Positions 11,553 to 24,299 of a stretch of DNA of 64,000 bases are shown in pieces; position 1 is the first letter of the stretch, and each line of letters begins with the position of its first letter. This DNA comes from Octopus vulgaris (Eukaryota): NCBI GenBank assembly GCA_951406725.2, contig OX597814.1, forward strand, positions 218,364,001 to 218,428,000, in the 5' to 3' direction. Below the pieces are notes generated by a model. That model saw only the letters and a list, made by a program, of their open reading frames with translations. It ran no database searches and was not told where the DNA came from. Made by a program: the position numbers and the translations under genes.

Positions 11553-13773
11553 TATATATATATATGTATATATACATATACATATATATATATGGATTTG
11601 GTCATGTAATACGAAACCCTGCCGATATCGAATATGGTTATGTACGCACAAACACCTACTACAGGAAGAACACAACGGAAGGGAATGAGCAATATCCAGG
11701 AATGCACAGGGAAGAAGTAGGAAATATGAGTTCGTTTATGGACTGGAAAAGATGGAAGTGAAAGGTTATACCCTTCTCTGGGCATATCAGGCCTCCCTAA
11801 GTTTTAGATTTTGTTTGATCGATTATCTTTTAACAGAACTTGGGGTTCTTTCCCAAACAATATACAATGCCATCTATAAGAAATTATCTTTGGATATCAA
11901 CAATACTACTGATGTTTTACACACACATTTTAACATTTTGGAATATTGGTGGAATATTTTCACCGAAACAGGCTGTCTTAAGTGCAAGCGCACGCTGGGC
12001 AATTGCTAGGAGGCCTCACGGGTCTAGTGACCCAATTCTTATCTATGTAGGTTATGGCTTGCTGTCAATAAATTCTATAAGGGCCATTGCATTGATCTAC
12101 TCGAAGGCATATAATGCTGCTAAAACGGCTCTGAGACCTGATGTAGATATCTGAGATTAAAAAAAAAACGGTGAGTATTGTTATGTATTAGCATGGACAT
12201 TCGTTGCTCAATGGATATAAACATTTCAGTTAAAACACGTAAAAAAAAAGGAAAAACAGTTTTGGATAATTACTTCGAACCCTATATTTTTATTCAGATT
12301 AAAAATTTACATTTGTACCTTTGTTCATTGGTGTTTTGGGATTAATTATTATTGTCTAAGCAACAGTCTTGTAAAGTTTAGGATCCCAGAATAGAAAAGA
12401 ACTCGAGTTAATTTGAAAATTCACTTTATATGTGAAACAAAAAAATGCAAGGCTTTCTTAAAGTTTAGCATGTAATTAAATACAGTTACTGACTCCTAAA
12501 ATCAAGTGACGCAATATTATTTCATAGGAATCAGCAACATTCCATATAGAATAAGTTTGAAATAATTAAAAATAGAAGTTACAAACATAATCAGTCAGTT
12601 CCCAGAGAAATGTGAGATATCTTGCTTTCTATTTTTACGTTCGGATTTTTTTCTCTTTCTGATATCTTTGGTGCTAATGCTCCAGGGGTCAATTTGTCGT
12701 AAACAAATTTAGTCGTTTGCCAACTTGACTTTATTTTTTATAACCAAATGAACTTTGAGAGATTTTATCGGTGTTACACATCACTTATACACCCGATTAC
12801 AATCTATTCAGTTCTGTTTTGTAGTAAACTCACAGGAGATTAACTGATAAGAAACAATTAAATGTGTTATCAGTTACATTTTTTATACGTGATTAAACAG
12901 CGAAAATGTCAATAATACTCGCTCCATCGTTGAAATATTCATTTAGGTGAAATTTTTCGATTTTGTTTACACTGTGCGGGAATATCGTATGGAAAAAAAA
13001 TATCCCTATTATTTCCTCTAATTTTCTCTCGGCCATTTATGTTCACAGAGAAATTTTACATTTCCATGGAAACAATATGGCATAATTATATTTAATTTTC
13101 TTTCGTCAAATTAATCTCTTCTAAAACAAACAACACTGACCCATATTTCGTATCATTTCGTACAATAAGAGGGCGTAGTTTGATTCGTTATCTTTAAATG
13201 GTTAAAACAAGTTCGCCTGGCAACAACAAGGTTTCGGGTTCGATCCTTCTGCGCTGAACCTTGGGTAAATGTTTTACTATACCCTGTGAGTGGAATCTGG
13301 TAGACAGAAACCGTTCAGAAGCTCATTGTACAACCTGTACCGTTGTCGCCGATTGAACCATTTCACAGCAATTTAGATTCTGAGCGAGGAAGGTATGCAG
13401 GCATTAAACTGTATTAAAATGGCGAAGGGACACGTATCATGTCTACTGAAAGTCGAAGCCTGCCCGTGAGACTCAAACCCACATCTCTTGTAAACATGAG
13501 AGTCGTTCTACCATTGAACCAAAGCAATCCTCCGAATTTCTCTATTCATTTTAGAAACATCATTCTTATAAGCGACAATTGTATAGATATCTATACGCCT
13601 GCGTGTAAAGATATCCATACGTACACACGTATACACACACACGCGCGCGCGCTCGCGCACACACACACAGATACACACACTCTGACATAAGAGACACAAA
13701 GATGTGTTTGCACGTTCACTTTCCTAACATATATGTCATTTTATGAATTTCAGTACCACCACAGGTACACACG

Positions 13774-14066
<293 letters not shown>

Positions 14067-14591
14067 ACGGATCAAGGGGTGAGTTCTAATACGGAAAGTG
14101 ATTTGGAGGAATATCGTTATCGATAAGGTCAGCTTTGACGAAAGAACTTTGACTGCTCAGTTGGTTTATTTACTGATTGTAACACTTAAAATAAAATACA
14201 GTCAACCCAACAATCTGTGTTAATGAGTTGGGCGGGGTGTGCATGTCTTTCGCTAAAAGATGAAGTAAAAATGTAAAAAAATATAGGCGAAAAATTTTAT
14301 GCTCTTCGAAGAAAGACCTTAACATCGAGTTACAAACACGTCTTTGTTACTCTCGCCATTAGAAATGCAGTGAACTAGATGTGGCCCGTTGGGAACCTGC
14401 ACCCAGCGAGGATATTCTTTCTTTACTAATTGCGATACTAAAGAAAACAAAAGCTTGCGGCTTTTGTGCCTAAAATTCATATCATTTACGTAGTGAAAGG
14501 GAAATTAAATAAGATTTACATGACTGTGATAAAAAGATCTATGCTGCTACATCTAAACCAACCTTCTCATAATTTTGTTTATTTTAAATTA

Positions 14592-15826
14592 CGTGGGTTG
14601 TCCCGAAAATAATGCAAGACAACTTTTTTATTAATCAACATGGGTCGTTCAAATTGCCCGTGTTGGTAGACTAACGCTTTCTCTGTGCAAAGCTACAACT
14701 GATCCTAGTTTCCACACAAACAATGGCTTTGTGCCCTCCTGGAACCCACCCCTTGAATACTCTTTGAAAACTATTGTATCCACTTCTTTATGGCTATTTT
14801 ACCTCATCTATGCCATCAAATAGTTGCCTACAAAGACTATCATTCATTGGACCAAACAGATGGACGTCAGAGGGCGCCAGATCCGGACTGTATGGTGGCT
14901 GAAGGACCAAAAACCAGCTCAGTTTACCGATTGCTCGATTTATGGTCAAAAACATGCGTGGTTACGCATTGTCATGGTGAATGTGGAACGTTTTCAGGTC
15001 GTTATTCAGTCTCTTTCTGGTAAGGGTTTCTCTAAGCTTTTTGAGTGTCTCTGTGTACAGTATAGCCACGTTCTAGAAAATCGAAGAGAATAACACCCTT
15101 GTCATCCCCAAAACAGTCGCCAATGATTTTCTGTATCGATCGCTAGCTCTTGAACTTCGGCCTTGGAGAAGGAATGTGAGGCCATTCCATGGACTGAGCT
15201 TCCGTTTCTCAGTCATAAAGACATGGCTACGTTTCGGAAAAAGATAACATCGCTTCATTGGCTTCAAATGCATCCAGTAGATCAGAACAGACTTTCAACC
15301 GTATATCCTTCAACTCAGGTGTCAGCTGCCGAGGTACCCACTTCGCAAACACTTTCCTATTCCCCAAATCTTCCACTATCTTCTGTAATGTATTGTAATT
15401 GCAATCTAGTTATGTAGCAAGCTCGCAGACTGTGACTCGTTTGTCCGCACTAATCATTTTGCCCGCTCACAGGCGATTCGGTTCATGGGCTGCAGTCGAT
15501 TGTCTCTCATTGCACTGTCTTCAATGCCCTTTTCGACTTGTTTGGATTTCTTCATCCGTCTGTACACATTGCTCTTGTCAATGCGTCATCTCCTTAAACA
15601 ACCATCAGCCTCACGTGGATGTCGGACAACTTGTACCTTTCCTTCATCAAGGATTCAATGATGGCACGCTGCCTTGGCTTAGAGCCCATTATTTGCCTAC
15701 AAAGAAGAAAAACGAAGAATTACTATTGAGGAAGAGTTACTCTACCAATATGTGTAATTTGGTCAACTTAGGTTAGTTAATAAAAAAGTAATACATATTT
15801 TTGCATTACTTTCGGTATGAGTTTCG
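14592..15826 (-). mobile_element. Decayed full-length mariner transposon
   Basis: Minus-strand motifs KWVPRQL (~15335), HDNA (~14970) and SPDLAPSD (~14880); degenerate TIRs containing CCGAAA.TAATGCAA with TA flanks. Confidence 0.85.
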
Positions 15827-15910
15827 TACATGGAGAGATTTTCATTCTAAAAATGCATTGTTTATCATTTTACAATTTTTCTCAAGTTGTTATTGTTGTT
15901 GTTGTTATCA

Positions 15911-16147
15911 AGGTGGCGAGTTGGCAGAATCGTTAGCGCGCTGGAGGAAATACTTAACAGTATTTCGTCCGTCGCTACGTTCTGACTTCAAATTCCGCCG
16001 AGATCGACTTTGCCTGTCATCCTTTCGTGATCGATAAAATAAGTACCAGTCGAACACTGCGGTCGATGTAATCGTCTTAACTCCTCCTCCAAAATTTCAG
16101 GACTTGTACCTATAGTAGAAAGGATTATTAATATTATTATCTCTGTC

Positions 16148-16221
<74 letters not shown>

Positions 16222-16445
16222 GGCGGCGAGCTGGCAGAATCGTTAGCACGCCGGACAAAATGCTTAGTGGCATTTTGTTCATCTTTATGTTCTGAGTTCA
16301 AATGCCGACGAGGTTCATCTTTATGTTTTCTGTTCAAATGCCGACAGAGATGATAAATTGAGTAACCAATCACGTACTATGATTGATGTTATTGACTAAC
16401 TCTGTCCCCTCAAATCTCAAGTTTTGTCCTTATGTTTGAAATAAT
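15911..16445 (+). mobile_element. Two tandem SINE C copies separated by (TTA)n (16148-16220)
   Basis: Heads at 15911 and 16221. Confidence 0.8.
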
Positions 16446-16687
16446 TAGTATATTAGGGCAGTAGACCGGCAGAATCAAAAGAACGCCTGATAAAATGCCT
16501 CGCTTTATTTGTCTGCTTCGTTACATTTTATGTTGAAATCCCTTTTGTGACCAATAAAAGAAACTTTTATTTGTTTTGCCAAAGAACTGTCAAAATTTTT
16601 ATAGAATTATTGAAAATCATCAAATGTTTTGACCTATTCTGAGGTTTCAGGCCATTGTGATCTTGAATCTTAATGAATGGTCAACAT

Positions 16688-17102
16688 AGGCACAGGAGTG
16701 GCTGTGTGGTAAGTAGCTTGCTAACCAACCACATGGTTCCGGGTTCAGTCCCACTGCGTGGCATCTTGGGCAAGTGTCTTCTGCTATAGCCCCGGGCCGA
16801 CCAATGCCTTGTGAGTGGATTTGGTAGACGGAAACTGAAAGAAGCCTGTCGTATATATGTATATATATATATGTGTGTATGTGTGTGTGTGTTTGTGTGT
16901 GTGAGTTTGTCCCCCTAGCATTGCTTGACAACCGATGCTGGTGTGTTTACGTCCCCGTCACTTAGCGGTTCGGCAAAAGAGACCGATAGAATAAGTACTG
17001 GGCTTACAAAGAATAAGTCCCGGAGTCGATTTGCTCAACTAAAGGTGGTGCTCCAGCATGGCCGCAGTCAAATGACTGAAACAAGTAAAAGAGTAAAAGA
17101 GT
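16688..17102 (+). mobile_element. SINE A
   Basis: Full-length match. Confidence 0.92.
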
Positions 17103-17402
17103 ATATGTATTTAATTATTCAGTCTGTCGTAACGAATCTAGAATAGCATATTTATGATTTAAGCCGTTGACTGTTATCCTCGATTTTTAAAAATCAGCAA
17201 TGCTATGTATGTAGACAAGGAGTATTATGGCAGTTACATGCAGGGCAGTGAATTGGTAGAATCAAAGAATACCGGACAAAATACCTTGTGAATTTCTTCT
17301 GGTTTTAAACGTTCTGAAGGAGTTCAAATCCTGCTGAGGCCAATTAGCTTTCCATCCGTACAGAGACGATTAAACAGTACCAGTGAAATTCGGTGATTGA
17401 TG

Positions 17403-18008
17403 TGTAATGGCGGATATTTATTTGTAAACATTATTATGAAATGTCGATGGAGGCAGCGGTAACGATATAAATGAGTTGTTTGTGTCCTCTTCATTGTTTA
17501 GTAGCAATTGCGGAGACAGATAGAATGATGTTGTCAGAGAACAGAATTAGAGCTAGAGAGAATTGTAGGGTCTTGTCTCACAGTTGCTTTTTCCCTCTGA
17601 CCAAGGTTCTAGCTGGTCAGCCAGTCTTCGTTGAGTCGTCACGAGCTACCTCGGTCAGTTGTCGACAAGTATCTAACTCCGTTGAGTCGTCACGACTGTG
17701 ACGAACTGATTTTAGCTTGAAGTATTCTTGCTTTTATAACTATCCAGAAGGATAGATATATCATTGAGAACACTAGATTTAGTTAGTGGTCTTGTTTTCT
17801 CTATTTCTAGCTTTTGGTGGAGTAGAAGAGGTTAGAAAGGGTCAAGTAGTGAAGACATTACTTCGGCCTAGCTAAAGGCATCTAGAAAATGTCATACTGC
17901 TGTCAGAGAAAAACCATTGTTCCACCGTGGGAACAGTTCTGTTGTAGCGTTAATTTAAATTTGGCTATGGTGGATCGAATCCGCTTCATGCTTGCAAGAT
18001 TCACTACA
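17403..18008 (-). mobile_element. Solo LTR (Gypsy-type, 606 bp) inserted in an old SINE C
   Basis: TGTAATG...CACTACA termini, 4-bp TSD GATG; the SINE C sequence resumes after it; TATA-like and AATAAA signals on the minus strand. Confidence 0.85.
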
Positions 18009-18864
18009 GATGTAATCGATTATTCCTCTCTTCTCAAAACTGTTGGTGTCTACATAATTTACGAACAATTATAATAGTTACAATTCAAAAAACAGCATAC
18101 TGTCATATAGGGTGGACCTGCAACAGTCCAGTTCGCTTATCTGTGCAGCGGCATGACAAGATAGAGGCTATCGTTTAAAACAGACATAGCATTGTATATG
18201 TGACGAATGTCTGTCACTTTGTATTTACGACGTCGAATCCAAATCCTACGACTCGCAGTTTCGCAAGAGATAAGTCCTACCACGCTGACTGGTCGCGTGC
18301 AGACACACACACACACATCAGTGGCGATTCTGGCACTCGGGCTGTTCGGGCTAATCTCCAGTATAAATTTAGTAAAGTGAACGTGTATTTGCGAGCTGAT
18401 TTAATTTCTGCCAACACTGACTTCGAGTATGTCATAGCATCCAATAACTCGGGTTTCTTCTATTAAACCTGGTTGCAGTTCATTTATTTTGGTTCAGCGT
18501 CTGGCAGTCGTCTTCGGGGTGCCCTGTGTCAAAAAATATCATTCGTAGCAGACGTTCTCTCGACATCGTTCACACGCGCCTGACTTGGGCTCAAAAGTTA
18601 CAGCCCGAGATGTTATCTATAATCGTAAAAATTAAAAGTAATTCGAATTCAATGTTTTCTTCAAACAATAAATTTCTGTAGTGGTTAGGATTTAAATTCC
18701 AGTCTATGAAAAGTTTCTGTTCTACAATATTTTTAAAGGAACGAAAAATTATCTAGCTAATACGAACGAGCCTGGTAGGTGTAAAGAACTAACTGACATC
18801 TCTTGTCAACAGTACAGGCAACAGTCAGATCGCTGTCTCTGTATTCGCTTGACTCTTCCTTTGT

Positions 18865-19254
18865 TGGATGGAAGCACTCCGTCGGTTATGACGACGAGGG
18901 TTCCGGTTGATCCGAATCAACGGAACAGCCTGCTCGTGAAATTAACGTGTAAGTGGCTGAGCACTCCACAGACACGTGTACCCTTAACGTAGTTCTCGGG
19001 GATATTCAGCGTGACACAGAGAGTGACAAGGCCGGCCCTTTGAAATACGGGTTCAACAGAAACAGGAAGTAAGAGTGAGAGAAAGTTGTGGTGAAAGAGT
19101 ACAGCAGGGATCACCACCATCCCTGTCGGAGCCTCGTGGAGCTTTTTTAGGTGTTTTCGCTCAATAAACACTCACAACGCCCAGTCTGGGAATCGAAACC
19201 GCGATCCTACGACCGCGAGTAAGCTGCCCTAACCACTGGGCCATTGCGCCTCCA
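18865..19254 (-). mobile_element. SINE B
   Basis: TSD CTTGACTCTTCC. Confidence 0.92.
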
Positions 19255-19558
19255 CTTGACTCTTCCACTGCTTGTTGTTCACTACTCTTTCTATATAAAC
19301 CGTGATTAGCATTATCAAAGCTTGACTGATTCTCAGTCAGCAATTTCGCATTCGTTAGAATTTTTGCTAATGTCAGTCAAAGAATATGATTTATAGTTGT
19401 TGATCATCATTGGTTAGATATTTCTTGACGTCACCACTTCCAAAAATTCCTAGAAAAACATCGGCCACATTTTTACTGACGTGACGAAGTACCAGTTAGA
19501 AAATTTCATGTTTGGAAACCAAAAAGTTCTGAATTTGGATCACGGTGTAGATCTGCTA

Positions 19559-19621
<63 letters not shown>

Positions 19622-19902
19622 GCCGGCTGAATTCACCAACGAATTGCTGCTCAACCCACGTCGAACCGTTTACGCTAGATGAAAATAGGACAAACTTACC
19701 ATCATCTCATGACTCGTATAGGACATATCGCTTAACGAACCTTCTAGTACCTCCAAGCAGTGCTTTCTCGACATTGGATCCAGCGGCATCGCCACTCAAC
19801 ATGGCTACATACAATCCTACTAACCCTCGAGAAATTCATTTTTGCCGCTCTGATGGTTTTAAAATGTTCCACTGCAGTCATTTACTGCACTGTCTTCATA
19901 GC

Positions 19903-20279
19903 GTGGAGGCGCAATGGCCCAGTGGTTAGGGCAGCGGACTCGCGGTTTCGATTCCCAGACCGGGCATTGTGAGTGTTTATTGAGCGAAAACACCTAAAAG
20001 CTCCACGAGGCTCCGGCAGGGGGTGGTGGTGATCCCTGCTGTACTCTTTCACCACAACTTTCTCTCACTCTTACTTCCTGTTTCTGTTGTACCTGTATTT
20101 CAAAGGGGCCGGCCTTGTCACTCTCTGTGTCACGCTGAATATCCCCGAGAACTACGTTAAGGGTGCACGTGTCTGTGGAGTGCTCAGCCACTTACACGTT
20201 AATTTCACGAGCAGGCTGTTCCGTTGATCGGATCAACCGGAACCCTCGTCGTCGTAACCGACGGAGTGCTTCCCGCCCC
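19903..20279 (+). mobile_element. SINE B
   Basis: TSD CTGTCTTCATAGC. Confidence 0.92.
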
Positions 20280-20638
20280 CTGTCTTCATAGCATCAAAAT
20301 TTCAGCAACCAACACGTGCACAGTGAAAAACCGCTAAAATGAACAGCTCAAGACTAACCGCGCGAAATGCAGACAACGTGTATCTCTTACCACTTGCATC
20401 AACCACCACGAGACGAGAGAAGACTACTGATGACTCGAGCTGACTTTCATTGTTGCTCGACATAGCAGTTGATTCTGCATGTCATTTGCCAAGAGAACTT
20501 TTTCGCCACAACTTACAAATGACCACTATGCATCTTTTTATATCTTTTCTGCACACAGAAAGAACACTTTTCCATGCTTTTTCGCCTTATATCTAACCAG
20601 CAACTTTATCTACAAGACCTCGTTATGGTCGCGTTGAA

Positions 20639-21727
20639 TCTCTCTCTCTACAAAATTCTTTGTCTGTCTGTCTGCCTGTCTGTTCCCTATGCATTCTCAA
20701 ACGGCTCCACCAAATCAAATCAAATTTTACAAGGTAATAGTATTACACGCCACAAGTGTCAACTAGTAATTTTTATTTTCATTTGGATTGAAACGATATA
20801 ACATTTTCTCGAAAATAATCTTTCTATAGTTGTCTATAGTAACGGACATTTTATATCACGACGACGACATCACATTTTATATATGAGTTTGAGAGTGTGT
20901 GTGTGTCTGTGTGTGTCTGTGTGTTTGTGCGTTCGTTACGTACGAGATAGTAAAGGACATTTTATACCACGACGACGACGACGACGACTGCGTCACATCT
21001 CTACCATTCTCTCTTCATTTTGTCTAGTGCTTACCGTTGTAACGATGTCTGGTACCAAACAAATTATTACAGCTACTTTCATTGTTACAATCTTCTGCAC
21101 CGGTGTATTTGTGTCAGTAAATAACCACGCATAAATATTTCGTAAAAGACTCGTTCGTACCCTGGTGTGAAGTAATTTTTCCCACAGGATTTTTCGAGTG
21201 CATTCAACGTATCTAATCTCCAAATCCGTCGCAAGCCACTTCTTTTTCCGGAAAACAAAATGGGGGCGGGGTCACAAAATTTTATCGGCGGGTCCTTCAT
21301 CGCAAATAGCTGTTACATGGTAGTAGGGCATGCTAGAAATAACAAAATCTTCCTTTTCTGGGGAAAGGAGCCGTTTACGCGTGATTTTGAAGTCACATTC
21401 GTTGAAAGTATGCGAAATAACCAGGAAAAGAAAAGAAAAACCCGCGAAACAAAACTCTGTTGGTGGAAAACTCCGAGGTCTCCTCCCACCACACTTCATT
21501 TTCTGGGAAAAAAAAGTGGCATGCAGCGGGTTTGGGGGTCAGATACGTTGAATGCACTCGAAAAACCGCGTGGAAAAAATTATTTCACACCGAGGTACGA
21601 ATTGATCATTTACGAAATATTTACCTAACCATGCCCAGAAGGAAGGTGTCAAATTACACTACAAGCAAAGAATACTGTGTTGAGGCTATGAGTTTACAAC
21701 CCGAGTGAAACCGGGTCCTTCCGCTTG
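20639..21727 (+). mobile_element. Non-autonomous Helitron with internal inverted repeat
   Basis: A|TC start, (TCTG)n, hairpin ACCCGAGTGAAACCGGGT, CTTG|T end (variant of CTAG). Confidence 0.7.
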
Positions 21728-21814
21728 TGTAGGCGTAAGTTTTTACGGCTTAATTGCGCACGGCATCTCTCTTACTCCTTTCTTCCAAAATACACTACCT
21801 GGTCAAATGATACT

Positions 21815-22206
21815 GGGATGGAAGCACTCCGTCGGTTACGACGATGAGGGTTCTGGTTGATCCGAATCAACGGAACAGCCTACTCGTGAAATTAACGTGT
21901 AAGTGGCTGAACACTCCACAGACACGTGTACCCTTAACGTAGTTCTCGGGGATATTCAGCGTGACACAGAGAGTGACAAGGCCGGCCCCTTGAAATACAG
22001 GTACAATAGAAACAGGAAGTAAGAGTGAGAGAAAGTTGTGGTGAAAGAGCACAGCAGGGATCACCACCCTCCCCTGCCGGAGCCTCGTGGAGCTTTTTTA
22101 GGTGTTTTCGCTCAATAAACACTCACAACGCTCGGTCTGGGAATCGAAACCGCGATCCTACGACCGCGAATCCGCTACCCTAACCACCGGGCCATTGCGC
22201 CTCCAC
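21815..22206 (-). mobile_element. SINE B
   Basis: TSD CAAATGATACT. Confidence 0.92.
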
Positions 22207-23697
22207 CAAATGATACTAGCCACACTTCTAATCAATATACACCCGCAATACAAGTATCATCGCAATACCAAAAGTGAAATGAAGGAAAAAGACAAACATT
22301 TTCACTAACGTAAACTGTTGACTCTTACATCTAACAGGGACTCTTTGGTGAACCTTTTTTTTATTCCATGGACAATTGTCTTTTATTTGTTAAATGTACA
22401 TTTTGCATTTATATTTCTGTTGTCCATGTTGTTTTCTCCTTGTATTGCGTATTTCCTTCTCTATCGTGACCCCCTTGTCTCCGCACAACTCATCTAGAGG
22501 AAGGCCGGTGCAGCAGTGGATTCGATACCGCGTTTTGTCACATACAAATCTCAGACCACAATTCATTCATAGTTTGATCAGGTACACAACCGAGATTCTA
22601 TCCAATTAACGGCTGTTGTTCACGTTATGATTCTACAGCTCGTCCAGACCTCTCCGTGTACAAAGGCTATGAGATACAGCCAATAAAGCCACCAATTTCA
22701 CAGAGTGTCGCAGACATTGAAGCCAGTATGACATTCTCTACTCTCACCACTTTCAGAGTGTCTTGAGTCGAGTTTGAATTCCACTCTCCATATAACTTTC
22801 CTCACGGCTACTTATTCGATCCAGGATAATCGAAGCAGACATGATAGGTAAGAACCAGCACAAGTGTTGCATCTCGAATAGAAATTTATCTTGCATCTCA
22901 TATTACGAGGTTTCATCTTACAGCTTCCGTTAATTGTATTGCATCAACAAATTTCCTATCAACAAATGAATCATGTTCCAAATCCGTGTTACACCCTACT
23001 TTTTTTCACACCTTTTATGTAATTCCTCATTGTATATTCCTGCACCTCCTCGATGATTTTGTCAACCATTGTAATTAATAAAGTTACTGGAGTGGATCTA
23101 ATAGTCCTATAATGCATCCTAGATATGAAAAAGGTGTATAGATGCATGCACACACAGTTAAAGTTCATAAAAGTGAAAACAATCTGAGATAGCTAAACTG
23201 TCTTAGATGCATTTTCCTGAAAACAAAACTAAGGTGGTTATGGCTGGTAAACTTTTAATCGTCAGTCTGATCAATCAGAGATGAACAACAGCCATGAATG
23301 AGCCCAGCCGTTCCAATGGATACAGTGCTGTTCAATATATTAAAAATAAATGTATTAGAAACAAATTAGGTCATTATATTGTCTGTATGTGTAAGGTACA
23401 AATCAGTTGAATTAATCCGAATATAAAATTAATTTTATCGATTCCAGCGAGATAACAACTCGGAACGGATCTGAAAGCACATTTTTATTTAACCTTATTC
23501 TTTTGTATGACTGATAGTTTATTTAAATAGAATCGCTGAACATATGTTTCCATGAAATGTATGTTAATCGAAGTATAAAATGAACTAAAACAAATTACTG
23601 AAAAAGATGAATGCCAGAAATCTTGATAAATTAAGGGATGATGTACTGGAAGCCTTGTGAAAATCTAAAAACAAAAACTTAATTGGATTTTCCTTTT

Positions 23698-24116
23698 AGG
23701 CGCAGGAGTGGCTGTGTGGTAAGTAGCTTGCTTACCAACCACATGGTTCCGGGTTCAGTCCCACTGCGTGGCATCTTGGGCAAGTGTCTTCTGCTATAGC
23801 CTCGGGCCGACCAAAGCCTTGTGAGTGGATTTGGTAGACGGAAACTGAAAGATGCCTGTCGTATATATGTATATATATATGTATGTGTGTGTGTGCGTGT
23901 GTGTTAGTGTGTCTGTGTTTGTCCCCCTAGCATTGCTTGACAACCGATGCTGGTGTGTTTATGTCCCCGTCACTTAGCGGTTCGGCAAAAGAGACCGATA
24001 GAATAAGTACTGGGCTTACAAAGAATAAGTCCCGGGATCGAGTTGCTCGACTAAAGGTGGTGCTCCAGCATGGCCGCAGTCAAATGACTGAAACAAGTAA
24101 AAGAGTAAAGAGTAAA
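23698..24116 (+). mobile_element. SINE A
   Basis: Full-length match. Confidence 0.92.
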
Positions 24117-24299
24117 GAAAGAGTTAGGTTGAAAGAAAACAAAAAGCTAAGAGAAGGGGAAGGGAATTCTGACCTATGTTTGCAGGAAAGGGACATGAGG
24201 ACCTCGTCAACATATTATCTACTCAAGCCTGCTTGACCAATTGATAAAGCTGCAACTGGCATGCGAGGAGGTGTTTTGGTCGCTGAGAGAAGAGTTCCA

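Noticed and set aside
19903-19975. tRNA gene candidates at SINE A/B/C heads
   Set aside because: A and B boxes are followed by SINE bodies and bounded by TSDs; no complete cloverleaf with a terminator.
20426-20470. Hammerhead ribozyme-like CTGATGA plus stem (also weak cases near 11950 and 60830)
   Set aside because: The GAAA core or the CUGANGA box is broken; at most decayed Penelope-type remnants.
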